Source: Eledone cirrhosa
Lineage: Eukaryota
DNA length: 64,000 nucleotides
Direction: 5' to 3'
Assembly (NCBI GenBank): GCA_964016885.1
Contig: OZ024740.1
Span: 383,222,001-383,286,000 of the forward strand
Shown one piece after another: positions 13,886-26,929 of this stretch. Both the position numbers and the translations under genes were made by a program. Under the pieces are notes generated by a model. It had not been told where the DNA came from. It did not search any database and saw only the letters and a list, made by a program, of their open reading frames with translations. The first letter of the stretch is position 1. Each line of letters opens with the position of its first letter.

Positions 13886-14140
13886 GGAGGTACAGGGCCT
13901 AGTGGTAAGGGTGTTGGACTTACGATCATAATGTCGTGGGCTCGATTCCTGGGTTGCGTGTTGTGTTCTTGAGCAAAATACTTCATTTCACGTTGCTCCA
14001 GTATACTCAGTTGAAAATGAGTACCAGCAATAGCTGGAGGTTTAACCCAGCGATGGACTGTCTTGTACTCTAAGTCGCTTCACGCCATAAAACCGGCATA
14101 AGCACCGGCCAAATGAGCCTTCTGGCTTAAGACAGACTGT
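13886..14140 (+). mobile_element. tRNA-derived SINE
   Basis: Box A-like ggcctagtggtaagg and box B-like gggctcgattcc, followed by gtgttcttgagcaaaatacttcatttcacgttgctccagt. Confidence 0.7.
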
Positions 14141-14462
14141 ATGTGTGTGTGCGTGTGTGTGTGTATGTTTGTGTCTGTGTGTCTGTGTTAGAGTTGGTGC
14201 TCTACAATAGCTATGTATATATGAATATGTGTATAGTATATTTGATTATATACTGTATGTTTAATTTATAATATTTTGAAGTAGTGTCTATGAATTTTAA
14301 AGTAGTGTCTATATCAATTACTTAATCTATTCTTCCGAGAATAAGTAAATGGCATAGTCACTATTTTAAAATTCATAGCGAATTGGCTTCAAATGTTTTT
14401 TTAATTAAAGATACAGTATGTGGTAAAATATACTATACATACATTCATATACATTTATATAC

Positions 14463-14510
<48 letters not shown>

Positions 14511-14601
14511 CGAAGGAAATGTGGTAAGGAACCAAATGGACCATAACGCACCAAAATACTCAATACTTAGGATAGTAGAGTGGGTAATAGGAACAAGTAG
14601 G

Positions 14602-14696
14602 ACCCCGACGGCAGAGCTCAAGCCGTTTCGACGGCTAATTCTGGACTAAATAAGAATGTTTAGCCTGGTAAATAAATAGCCGAACTTCTCAGGGGT
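14602..14696 (-). ncRNA. Hammerhead-like motif with core CUGAGAA and GUC site
   Basis: Reverse complement: accc CTGAGAA gttcggcta...tagccgtc GAAA cgg cttgagctctg ccg TC ggggt. Confidence 0.65.
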
Positions 14697-16193
14697 AATT
14701 CCATATATGGGAAGATAGTAATTGTCAAAAGGATTGGTCCAACAAATTGTTGTAAAGACATGATTCTATCATGGCATTTAGTGGAAGGTAGGGGTAGCTG
14801 AACTTGCCGGTCACAACAAAGAGGGAGTGGGGGAATCTCAGTCAAGCGTTGAAGGTGAAATCTATACAGCAGATTCTAAGGATAGAGTATAGATGGTCGA
14901 AAAAAGTGTACCGGAGAAGGGGAGGGGAGGGGGTTGAAAAAATAGGTAAATCGAAAGGGAGTAAACCAAAGCCATTATAAAAATGAGGAAATAATTATTA
15001 AAAAATTATGAAAAATAATTTTTGGTCACTACTCCAGCCCCACAATCACCAAATCTCTCATTGCTATTGCTAGGCTATAGAAAAGTTTAATAGGTGGGAA
15101 AGAATACTAAATACGAGATTATAGTGAAAGAATTTCATAAAGCCATCTTTACAGGGTGTCTAACACCACTGCTATATTTAGTAGTAATCAGCCAATGCTA
15201 TCTTACAATGACAGGTTAATAAGTTGAGGACAACATACTAAAAAACTAATACGAAATATTAATTCAGAATACTAATACATAAATACTAATACAAGAATAC
15301 TAATGCAAAAATACCACTAAGAAATTTAGAAATCACGGAAATGGGGCAGCAACCAAAAAGAAAGCAATTATTTGAGGTCTAACACATCTGCTATAAAAAG
15401 CGTAATCGGCCAATTCTATCTTAAACTTAGGGGGGGGGGGGTACTGAGGCTACAAAGGACCGATGTATGTTTGTCCTCAACTTATTAACCTGTCATTGTA
15501 AGATAGAATTGGCTGATTACTACTAAATATAGCAGTGGTGTTAGACCCCCTTTAAAGATGGCTTTATAAAATTCTTAGTGGTATTTTTGCATCAGTATTC
15601 TTGTATTAGTATTTATGTATTAGCTTTCTGAATTAATATTTAGTATTAGTTTTTTAGTATGTTTGTCCTCAACTTATTAACCTATCATTGTAAGATAACA
15701 TTGGCTGATTATTACTAAATATAGCAGTGGTGTTAGACCCCCTGTAAAGATGGCTTTCTAAAATTATTTCACTACAATCTCGTATTTAGTATTCTTCCCC
15801 ACCTATTAAACTTTTCTATAGCTTAGCAATAGCAATGAGAGATTTGGTGATCGTGGCGATGGAGTAGTGACCAGAAATTGTTTTTTATATTTTTTATATA
15901 TTTATTTCCTTATTTTTATAATGGCTTTTGATTACTCCCTTTCGATTTACCTATTTTTTCACGCCCACCCCTATTCCCTTCTCCAGTACACTTTTTTCGA
16001 CCATCTATCCTTAGAATCTGCTGTATAGATTTCGCTTTCAACGTTTGACTGCGTTACCCCACTCCCTCTTTGTTCTACCGGTAAGTTCAGCTACCCCTAC
16101 CTTCCACTAAATGCCATGATAGAATCATATGTCTTTACAACAAATATTTGGACCAATCCTTTTGACAATTACTATCTTCCCATATATGGAATT

Positions 16194-16289
16194 ACCCCCT
16201 GAGAAATTCGGGCATTTATTTACCAGGCTAAACATTCTTATTTAGTCCAGAATTAGCCGTCGAAACGGTTTGAGCTGTGCCGTCGGGGT
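16194..16289 (+). ncRNA. Hammerhead-like motif with core CUGAGAA and GUC site
   Basis: acccc CTGAGAA attcgg...tagccgtc GAAA cgg tttgagctgtg ccg TC ggggt. Confidence 0.65.
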
Positions 16290-16382
16290 CCTACTTGTTC
16301 CTTTATATATATATATAGCTGTCGAAACGGCCGGAGGGCTCAATCTTTGGGGTCCTGACTATTTTCCTATATATATATATAT

Positions 16383-16785
16383 ATAATAATGAAATGACAG
16401 GAGGCTGGATTTGTGTAAATCCTTGAAAGGTTTATTATACTATGATCATTTATTATACTATGATCATTTCGGGTCTCGATTTTCAGCCCCATGGATTTTA
16501 CCTATTACATTCACGTATTATATTTCGAATACCTGATGATATCACCGGATTCATACGGAACCCGGTCATTGAAATGATCATAGTATAATAAACCTTTCAA
16601 GGATTTACACAAATCCAGCCTCCTGTCATTTCATTATAATATTTAACTCCGTAATAGCACCACCAACTACAAAAACAAAGACGGTTGAACTGCTTTACGT
16701 TGAGTACTCTCTATATTGTTGCATTACGATTGACCATACGGAATAGACCAGCTCTATACAGTGGTGAACCTCAAACCTGAATAAA
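16383..16785 (+). mobile_element. Truncated family A terminal repeat preceded by an inverted partial copy
   Basis: 16470-16785 matches the reverse complement of 5545-5855 (diverged); 16383-16470 is an inverted copy of about 16571-16640. Confidence 0.8.
16529..16586 (+). ncRNA. Type I hammerhead ribozyme (family A), palindromic stem III
   Basis: atac CTGATGA tatc accgg attcatacggaac ccggt catt GAAA tgatca TA gtat. Confidence 0.8.
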
Positions 16786-16989
16786 TATATATATATATAT
16801 ATATATATATTTATTTATTTATTAAAATAACAGATTAAAGTTGAAGCAAATAATTATCTGCTTAAACTTTAATCTGATATTGTAATAAATATTTGCTATA
16901 CGGTTCTTGTATATTTGATATATATTTATCCTTATCGAGCCCTCTTTGGATTTTAGTCTTCAAATTTTCTATTACTATATATATTATAT

Positions 16990-17020
<31 letters not shown>

Positions 17021-17046
17021 GATATATATATATACACATATATATG

Positions 17047-17156
<110 letters not shown>

Positions 17157-17420
17157 CATTAGTTAAGCAAAAAAAGACCACAAATTTCACAAGGAAGACA
17201 TTATTAAAATATTGTCAACATTATTAGAAAGGTAAATATGTCCTTTGGCAGTCATCTTGTTACCCATAGGCAAAACTCACACAATGCAGCCTCGACAGAT
17301 CAATACTGCTTGATTATGGCTGACAACTGATGCAACGAAGACACCATAGTGAAAAACCAATATATAGAACATTATATTAATTTAACATTCTCTCATTATT
17401 TTAATTTATATTCCTTTGAA

Positions 17421-17540
17421 GTTCCGATGAGCCGCTCAGTTCTTTAAATATGTTAATTATTTTCAACTGAACCAGATAAATTATGATATATAGTCATCTG
17501 ATCCAGAAATATGATATGGAGTAGCGAAACAATTGTAAAC
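17421..17540 (+). ncRNA. Type I hammerhead in 5' pLTR, core CCGAUGA, long stem II insert
   Basis: gtt CCGATGA gccgctc..(about 80 nt)..gagtagc GAAA caattg TA aac. Confidence 0.7.
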
Positions 17541-17899
17541 GGACATTATTATTATTAATATTATTATTATTATTCTCTACATTCCTTACATCAAATTAAA
17601 ATATGTTGACAATCTTTTAATAAGGTCTTCCTTGTGAAATTTATGGTCTTGTTTTGCTTAACTAATGAATATTTCCAGCTCTGCGCACCTAACATCTGCA
17701 TGAACCCAGCCACCTAGCTGCTTTCTACTGCATATTGCACATTGAGCACATGCCTTTACGCTTTGGCTTCTAACTAATTCACCAATCTCTCCTCTCCTAC
17801 CTCCTCTCCCATCTCCATCTCTCTATTTAAGATTGGTTACTCTTGAACTGTGTATACTTGAGCTCCTTCTAGTTGAGCTATGTACTGTTAGAAGTCACC

Positions 17900-20377
17900 A
17901 TGTTGAGCAATCAGGAACTCAGAATCTCACTTAAGTCCATACCTATCCAGGACATGAAGACATACCTCAAACTCCTAATACAGAGTGTCAACTCTTTCAT
18001 CCGAAGAATAAGATGGCAAGCGTTCCACTTTGACCGTGCGATTTCTGCTGACGCCGGAAGTACACAAATAGATATGGATTTACCACCTGCAAGAACCCCC
18101 CACACAACATCCTGCTGGACCCTTTTGAGAAAGATCTATTCAACTTCGTCAGGAGCATTAAATTCAAAAAGCATTATAGACACAGAATAATTTCCTCACT
18201 AAATTAGCAACAACTATAAAACAATTTAAAGATAGCCTCCTCTTACATGTTATGTTGACAAAACTAAAAATCTATAGACCATGACTCTTGAAACTTACAA
18301 CTCTTCCCTTCTTAAATAACTCAATAAAAACTATGATAAACTATACCCTCCAGTGTAAACGTACTTAACCGAAAAGCCCAGGCTTTGGTTAAGGACTTGC
18401 ATCTGGATAGATTTACCCACCCTTATGTAGCAACAACCCCAAGGTTCTCTCTCAAGGATCATAAGCCAAATTTTATAGAGAACCCATCTATTAGACTGGG
18501 CCGTATCAGTAAGAACATCATTGATAGGATAATCTCTGGGCTACGGGATGATATCACCTACAAGTTGTGGTCCAACACCGGCCAAGTCATTAGATGGTTC
18601 TCCGATCTAAGGTCCAAGCAATCTATGAGGTTCATCCAATTTGACATCGACAGCTATTACGCGTCAATAACCCTGGAACTGCTCAACAAAGCATTAACTC
18701 TAGCCAGGACCAACTCGGACATAACCAATAATGATATTAACATCATACTTATGGCTAGGCAGACTATCGTTGAATTCAACGGAGCACTCTGGACTAGAAA
18801 AGATAGAACAGACAACTTTGACATCACGATGGGCTCAAGTGACTCTGCGCAAATCACCGATTTAGTTGGAATTTACCTATTACATAACATCAGAGCCGAA
18901 ATCCAACCCTTGCCAGGCAGAATATACAGGGACGACGCCCTATGTGCAGTCCACAATTGCACTAATCGGGGCATTCATTTGCTAAAAAAACAATTACATA
19001 GATTCTTTAAAAATAACGGTCTCTCTATCAACACGAGCCGAACCATAAAGTAGTAAACTTCCTAGACGTCACCCTGGATCTCAACAATAACCTATATTAC
19101 CCTTACCATAAACCAGGTGAAATACTCACATATATTAGCCCACACTCTAACCAGCCACCGGCAGTCTTCAGAGCAGTAATCAAATCTATCTCGTATAGGA
19201 TCTCAATGCTATCAGCAAATGAGGAGATATTTATAAACCATGCACAATATTATAATAAGGTTCTTTCTGAATCTGGTTATGAACAATCAATTTATTACAT
19301 ACCTAAATGCGATAACGCAGCAATTCACCATAATAAACTTAACACTAGAACTAGAATTACCTTAGCATATACCAAGACTCGCCGGAATTTTAGCAGTTAC
19401 AGCACCTATACAGGGAAGTTTAATGGTGGCAGCGGCCTGCTCCCCACTCCAAGTAGCAAATTTAAAATCAACTCTAGAATAGGAATGAGAAATGGGATGA
19501 CAAATAACAAATCCCCAGGTAATAATAACCCTAGGAAGGCCCCTACCAACTCCACTAGAACCCCTAGAAGGAATAGACCTAGAAATATCACCTGGCTTAA
19601 CCCCCCATTCTCATATAATCTAGCCACTAATATCCCTAAACGCTTCTTCTCTATCCTATCTAAACAGCCCCCCCCCCCCAACCATAGATATTACAAACTC
19701 TTTAATAAAAATAACATTAAAATCACGTTCTCCACAACACCTAACCTAGCTAGCCACATCGCATTCAGTAACCATCATAAACTAAGACAGTATAACTCCC
19801 ACACCGCAGTACCACCACCCCTATCAAATACACCACGCCACTACACCAATAATTACTCTAGTAACACACCTCCCCCATCTAATCCTTCTAGCACTGACCT
19901 ACCGCTTAGGTTAAACTACCCTACTCTCACTAACCGCAGAAGCAACTGCAACTGCTGTTACCCTAACGCATGCCCATTAAATGGACACTGCCTGACACCC
20001 AACATAGCCTATAGGTGCACGGTTAAAACTGCTTCGAATACCTGCTCTTATATCGGGACTACCTCTAACCCTTTAAAGTACGCTATAACGCGCACGCTTT
20101 TTCCTTCCGAGACCCTAGCAATAGCTATTCGACATAGCTAGCTAGGCTCATTAAAAACCTTAAATTAAGCAACGTTCAACACTCACTAAAATGGGATATC
20201 GTGGCTAGGGCCCAACCGTTCAATGGACGAAGACAATCTTGTGATCTCTGTATTACAGAAGCATATTACATAAATCTATCATGACCTCGACCGATTAACG
20301 ATAGAACGGAGGTAACTATTAGCTGTCAACATCGAAGGGCTAATTCCTTCGCCAATAGAATATTTGAACCAACTTAG
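17900..20377 (+). pseudogene. Penelope-like RT plus GIY-YIG endonuclease ORF with frameshifts and stops
   Basis: SLKSIPI..FIRRIRWQAFHF, LKDHKPNF, FIQFDIDSYYASI, ITMGSSDSAQITDLVG, IYRDDAL, WLNPPF, CNC..CPLNGHC, AYRC..YIGTT, CDLCITE. Confidence 0.92.
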
Positions 20378-20755
20378 TCATCTAGCCCCATTTTTACTTG
20401 TAGCTAATAAGTTAAATAGCTATGACTAACTTAGATAATTATAAGTTACCTCCCCTACATTGTCTCTCAATTAAAAAAATTAAAAATTAGCACTTAACTA
20501 TAAACTATCCACAAATTCTAATCTCTCTAGGAGTTACTTCCCCTGAAACCACCCTCTAATTAGTAAGGTAGATATGTCCTTTGGCAGCCATCTTGTTACC
20601 CATAGGCAGATCTCATACAATGAAGCCTCGACAGATCAATACTGCTTGATTGTGGCTGACAACTGCTGCAACCAAGACACCATAGTGAAAAACCAATATA
20701 TGGAACATTATATTATGTAACATTCTCTCATTATTTTAATTTATATTCCTTTGAA

Positions 20756-20875
20756 GTTCCGATGAGACGCTCAGTTCTTTAAATATGTTAATTATTTTCA
20801 ACTGAACAAGATAAATTATTATATATAGTCATCTGATCCAGAAATATGAGATGGAGAAGCGAAACAATTGTAAAC
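20756..20875 (+). ncRNA. Type I hammerhead in 3' pLTR, core CCGAUGA, long stem II insert
   Basis: gtt CCGATGA gacgctc...gagaagc GAAA caattg TA aac. Confidence 0.65.
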
Positions 20876-21182
20876 GGACATTATTATTATTAATATTATT
20901 ATTATTATTCTCTACATTCCTTACATCAAACTAAAATATGTTGACAATCTTTTAATAATGTCTTCCTTGTAAAATTTATGGTCTTGTTTTGCTTAACTAA
21001 TGAATATTTCCAGCTCTCCGCACCTAACTTCTGCATGAACCCAGCCACCTAGTTGCTTTCTACTGCATATTGCACATTGAGCACATGCCTTTACGCTTTG
21101 GCTTCTAACTAATTCACCAATCTCTCCTCTCCTATCTCCTCTCCTATCTCCATCTCTCTCTTTAAGATTGGTTACTCTTGAA

Positions 21183-21280
<98 letters not shown>

Positions 21281-21449
21281 TGCAATATCAGTAGTTGTGA
21301 AAAGCAAAAAGGAAAATATTACTCAACCAGGAAAAGAGCAGTAATATCATATTATTTATTAATATTTATACACCGAAGAAAGGTCCTACCCAAGGTTCAC
21401 ATTTGATCATACCTCCTGAAAACATGAGGCATAAAAATATTCACCTGTT

Positions 21450-22150
21450 TTCCGACTTGAATGTTGTCAATGGTGAAGAATCCTGTTCTGAAGCGGTCCT
21501 ACTCCTGATGCTGATCCATTGTTTGTAGCATTAGTTGCAATATAACCTGAGAGAACACCTTTTAAATCTTTGGTTGGATGCCGAGTGTCAATTAGTTTTG
21601 ATGTGTGTTGTATCGCCGTTCTTGTGGATTATTTCGACTGAGCGTTATTCCAGTATCCGGGGACTTTGCCACTGTTAAAGCATATGTTGAACAGCTTTGC
21701 GAGAGTTTGATAATGGGCTCTCCAGCGACTTGCAGAATACCAGCTGTGATGTCTCCAATTGATTTGCCTTGCTTAAGTCATTTTATGACTGCTGTCATCT
21801 CTATTGTCCTTTAGTCGTTGGTGGTTGTTGCGTGTTGTTCACTCGGCCAGGTGCTGAAAAGCTCGGTATAGAATTCTTTGAACATATTGATCATTCTGCT
21901 TTAGTCATGGATGAGTGTACCACCTGCTTCAATAAGTGCGGTAATTCTCCCCTTGCACAGCTTTCGCGAGACAGACTTAAGTCATGTGTTGATTTCAACA
22001 GCTCGCTGTTGTTATTTCTCGTTATAGGGCTCTGTCGTTTTTGTCACCATCCCTCTAAGTACCATACAGAGTTCTATGTATTCAATGTTGAGTACGCCTG
22101 CAACCACTCCTCTTCAGGTGATGACTATTCACTCTCAGCTGCTTCCTTTT
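21450..22150 (-). pseudogene. Old RTE-type LINE RT N-terminal fragment
   Basis: Manual translation: LKQGKSIGDITAGILQVAGEP, KLFNICFNSGKVPGYWNNA, IIHKNGD, FRTGFFTIDNIQV. Confidence 0.65.
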
Positions 22151-22869
22151 CACATATAGTTTATTAGGTTTATGTGGTTTGTGTTGTCCGTCAGTCACCA
22201 AAGCATGTGATCATCCTTGCCACATGTTACCATCTCAATTGGACAGAGAATTAGATTATTGTTACACGTGTCCCTCAAAGTTTCAGTTATCTGAATATTA
22301 ACTTCATGAGTAGGTAATGTAATTTCATGATTAGGTAATGTAATTATTGACTATGTGAATGCTCATCGCAGCAACCGAGGTGATAAATGTATATATGTAT
22401 CTAGAAAGACAGACAGAGCAAGCAAGAGAGAAAGAGAATGAGAGAGAGTGTGTGAGAGAGATAAAGATAGTGAATTTAGAGAGAAATAAAAAGGAGAGAA
22501 AGCGTGCGATAATAATAAAGAAATATAATTAAAACGGTTTTAATTTTATTAACAAACTTTTTTCACTATTTAATTTTGAACATCTTTCTTTATCCATTCA
22601 ACATGTTAATGTTGAAACATTTATACAACTATTTAAGGACATTCATACTAGATATAGGTGCAATATATTACATCTGAATTCGCATGTGAAAATATCTCCG
22701 CAGATTTCTTTATGGTAGAAGCGATGTCAATAATATGGTTATTGAACAATTAAAACACATCATTTTCAGAATGTCAAATACTTTTTCATTTTACTAAATG
22801 GAAAATGTCATAATAAAAATTGTATAATATACATGGCAATGCGGAAATAAAGAAGAGTAAAAAACCAAT

Positions 22870-23760
22870 CCACCTCAAATGCCCAGGTTTGCGATCGAAG
22901 CAACTAGTATGGAAGCAGAGAACGCATCGCAACGTATCACATACCGGAATGACGATTTAGCTAATTCAAATAGGAAGAAGCTTTTTCCGTTGGGGTGCTT
23001 ACCATCAGTATTGTCGAGAGCAGTTGGTTATAGTTGTGACAGAATGCCATCGATGATCATTTTGATGTTAGGCACAGCATCGTGTCGGAGGAACTGGCCG
23101 ACGGTATGGTGACACGACAGCGGTTGCAGACCGAATTCATCAAGAACTGTACGGCAACGGCATTTGTGTGGCTCACAGACCCTGGTTCTTGACTACTCCA
23201 CGGAAGTAGCTGAGATGTTATTGATTCAAGGGAGACTCAAACCAGCTGAAAGTAAACCTGCATTTGATGTTGCCCAAGTTAGCTTGAACACCAGTATACT
23301 GGGGGTCGGTGAGGCTTTCATCAATCCAACCGGCCGGAGTTGACTCCAGTTCCGTGCTACATCACGTTCTGTCGTCTTTTGGAGGAATTCTTTGAATTGG
23401 ATATTCAAGAGAGTTAGCCCGGCAGGGAGGTGCAATCTCTCCCTTATCCACGTTGGGTCTTCATTCTTCGTCTCTCATGCACTTTCGTATATCTTTTGGA
23501 ATGAATGGAAAGCCGAGAATGCAGACGACGTATTTCGTTGTTGGCTGAGACTCAGCCAAGACGAGTTGAATGCTGAATACAACCTCATGGAATTCAGCTT
23601 CCCTGTAACTCATATTTATGACCTGCTTCTTGGGCGGGTGGATTTCATGTCCAAGGAAATTTAGACATAAGATGATTTGTAGGATATGTTGGGTGTCCCA
23701 CATGGGAGGTGTGCTTGAAGGAATATCAAAAGGACACGTGTTTTCACTAAGATGTACTCC
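22870..23760 (-). pseudogene. Decayed CRE-clade non-LTR retrotransposon 3' region (zinc knuckle plus restriction-like endonuclease)
   Basis: Manual translation: VCEPHKCRCRTVLDEFGLQPLSCHHTVGQFLRHDAV..PTALDNTDGKHPNGKSFF..IRCDAFSAS, resembling the CRE pattern C.C..D..G.H.LSC..RH..EP..DG.RPDG..WD. Confidence 0.65.
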
Positions 23761-24301
23761 CATCTGACACTGTTAAAAGCGTTTTGCATTCCCAGCTTCA
23801 CTATGAGCCGGGGTGATTAAGGAGGCGTGTGTTCTATGAATTGTCTGGAATCATGATTAGCTAGATAATGATTAGTACGATACCGTCCACAATTGAAATG
23901 CTGTATTTTGTTGACGTGTAATATAGTCGTTTCTGAAATTTTTAATTCTTATTTCGCTTTTTCTACTGATTCATTTTTCTAGTGGTTCATTTTCCGATTT
24001 CTTTGGGGATATTCAAGAACAAGAATTTATAATAGTTTGTGCAGAAGTTGATGTTTCAATAGTGAGAAATTTGTAATTAAAACAAATACTTTGTGGATAA
24101 TTGCAAATAATACGTGAGATGGAGTCAGTTAGTCACATATGTTTGTGTGTCTTGCTTCTGACTTTAGAATAATGTTAAAACCCTTAGTGTATTCATTGCA
24201 TGCGATTCATTTTCAATCATTTCATTGTCATTTCTGAAGCATAGGCAAATTGCCAATATATATGTATATATATGAGAACCCACCCCCCCATCTCAATTCT
24301 A

Positions 24302-24334
24302 CTTTTGAAAAGCAGAACTGCGAAACCTGTAAAG
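24302..24334 (+). ncRNA. Minimal hammerhead, U3-A8 core variant
   Basis: ctt TTGAAAA gcag aa ctgc GAAA cctg TA aag, within repeat copy 24272-24467. Confidence 0.6.
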
Positions 24335-24503
24335 GAACCAAATAAATATATATATTTTTTAAAAAGACTGCTGCTGCATTTACGATTTCATCTTTTTTCC
24401 GTATACTTTCACTCGTTTAGGACACCACTTTTTTTTTATTTAAAAAACAACAACTCACTTTCTAATATCTATATATATATCTATATATCTATATCTATAT
24501 CTA

Positions 24504-24577
<74 letters not shown>

Positions 24578-24591
24578 CATATATATATATT

Positions 24592-24656
<65 letters not shown>

Positions 24657-24776
24657 AGAAATGTAAGCTCTCGCCGTATTTTGACTAAAGAAATGAAAGA
24701 AATTATTTAGCCTGACAGTGGGGTTAAGAACCCACAGAGAAATGGAAAAAGATGAGTATTGACGTACATGACGTAC

Positions 24777-24813
<37 letters not shown>

Positions 24814-25061
24814 CGTGCGTGCGTGCGTTTGTGTGGGGTGTGGGGGTGTCTGAGGCGGGGTGTAGTTATCAAAACAAAACAATTTGTGTTTATAATAATT
24901 TATCTTATCCGAAAGCAATGATAAACACACATTTTCGCTGCTAATTTTCACATATTTGAATGCGCAAAATTATATTAACAAACAAAATGTTAACAATTTT
25001 CTTTTACGATTTCATGACTTAAATAAAATGAGAACTTTAAAAAATCTTTCATATTAGTCAC

Positions 25062-25128
<67 letters not shown>

Positions 25129-25130
<2 letters not shown>

Positions 25131-25268
25131 TTTTCTCATCTATTTTCCTTATACACGCGCACACACATATTTAGACATATACACATACGAATATATATAT
25201 ATATATTCGTATGTGTATATGTCTAAATATGTGTGCGCTCGTGTATATGAAAAATAGATGAGGAAAAT
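25129..25268. repeat. Palindrome centred on (AT)n
   Basis: ctcatctatttt..catatttagacatatacacatacgaat mirrors attcgtatgtgtatatgtctaaatatg..aaaatagatgag. Confidence 0.85.
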
Positions 25269-25542
25269 ATCTCACAAATGCCAGCGGCACAAATATGAAT
25301 CACAAATTTCGTTTTTGTACGTAATGCTCTTACGTGATGTTTGTTTTCTTTTACAATAATCTATTTTGCAAATAGATACACCTTAGCGATTCTAAATCCG
25401 AAGCAGAAAACATTAAAAAATATTCAGATTGTACGCTGAACATTATATTAAAAGGCTAGTCTGTTCTATGGAGCGTGGCAAATGACATACATTCATATTT
25501 GTATCTGCATGAACAATAGGTGCTATCGACAATATATATATA

Positions 25543-26208
25543 TGGTAAGTCAATGGTAAACATTGAAGACATAATGAATTAACTGTGGAGATATAAAAGA
25601 TACGGAAGCAAAAACCAACCAAACATTGAATGTGTTCTGTTATTATTTCTGGCTATATTATTACAACCTTATGACCGTCCCCAATATAACAATATTTGTT
25701 TCGACACACGATTTCATATCAAAAACCTCGCAAAACAAATTTATCGCCGTCATGGCATTAGCTTGTGCCAAGCTGAAAGGTTATTGAAAGATACTGTTGT
25801 CTATTATATAAAAACTACAATAACAGAACAAATCGCTTCTTAAAACACTGTGTTTCCTTCAAAATATACAAGAGAAACATATCAAAACGAGTAAATAATT
25901 TATTATTAAACAAAACACAAGCTGAAAAAATGGCTTAGATATACAATACAACAGGAGGAACATAATAGTACCACTGACGATGTTGTAGATGTGCAACGAA
26001 ATAAATTTGTTTCACTATATAAATGTGTTTATATCTATATTATATCTGTATTTTTTACCGTTGGTCTGTCAATGGTAAACATTGAGGACCGAGTGAATTA
26101 ACTGTGGAAATATAAAAGATACAGAAGTGAAAACCCACTAAACAGTGAGTGTGTTCTGTTATTATTTCTGGCAATATTATTACAACAATATGACCCTCCT
26201 CAAGTATA
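25543..26208 (+). mobile_element. Small non-coding unit with diverged direct repeats of about 145 bp (25543-25690, 26062-26208) and an internal hammerhead
   Basis: gtcaatggtaaacattga..tgaattaactgtgga.atataaaagatac..gtgttctgttattatttctggc..atgacc occurs twice about 519 bp apart; TA runs at both ends. Confidence 0.6.
25965..26018 (+). ncRNA. Type I hammerhead (proximal stem I damaged)
   Basis: atagtacca CTGACGA t gttgta gatg tgcaac GAAA taaatttg TT tcactat. Confidence 0.6.
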
Positions 26209-26929
26209 AATATATATATATATATCCAAAATTTAATTAAGGGTGTCATGTTGGAGAGACATGAACCTTATCCACTGCAGAATAAGCTGAAAGGTTCCAA
26301 TGAATAGATCCGAGCATTTTATATCAACCAGAAATAGATTGACATATATATTGATTGACATATATAAAATAAACATATGAAACAATCACAGGTAATAATT
26401 TGTAAAGTGTGTAAGCACACATAGCTAAGTAGGTAACTAATTAAAGTTTAACTTGAACTTGAAATATAGATATCTTTAAAAATGATTAATCTCCTTTGTA
26501 TATATTTCTTTAAATAAAAATTATATTTCACCAATTAATCCGTAAATCACAGTAGTCAAATCCCGGATGGTCACCAAAGTATTTCCTGTCTCTGGATCTT
26601 CTATAGTTCCTAGGGTCCTTATATTAGTATTCGGTTCATTTTATTTCTGATGCACGTTATCTATTTCTATGTTTAGTCCTATATTTGTTATTTTGTAAAT
26701 AGAACCCTTTTTGTACTGCTGACCATGTTATTCTTCACTCTTTCACTATTATTACTCCAAGATTAACTTGCATAGGAACTCCTGAGAACACACAAACTCG
26801 CTACCTAAGGAAACCACTTGTTGAGTCAAACAAAAAACTACGCTAAAACTATCCAAATTACGGAGTATTCACAACCTCTTACTGGATTACCTATAACGAT
26901 AATTTGATATATATATATGTATAGTAATA

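Larger units (their letters stand above)
14510..16303. repeat. Large fold-back of a Penelope-type 3' end (arms about 14590-15325 and 15570-16303), each arm with a hammerhead-like motif
   Basis: Arms are near-identical reverse complements over about 730 bp, with an internal duplication of about 105 bp; flanked by (TA)n. Confidence 0.9.
17157..21186 (+). mobile_element. Full-length Penelope-like element (Naiad-like): inverted stub, pLTR 17223-17851, ORF, pLTR 20558-21186
   Basis: Direct repeats of about 630 bp offset by 3335 bp; 17157-17222 is an inverted copy of about 17603-17667; (TA)n on both sides. Confidence 0.93.

Noticed and set aside
13886-13955. tRNA gene
   Set aside because: Only box A/B-like motifs followed by a SINE body; no complete cloverleaf.
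17900-20377. Selenocysteine recoding, reported for some Naiad elements
   Set aside because: The conserved Cys positions I read (CNC, CPLNGHC, CDLC) use TGC/TGT, and the breaks look like ordinary decay.
21365-21435. Hammerhead-like CCGAAGA...GAAAacatga
   Set aside because: Stem I is mismatched and the UH site is lost; possibly a decayed ribozyme but not supportable.
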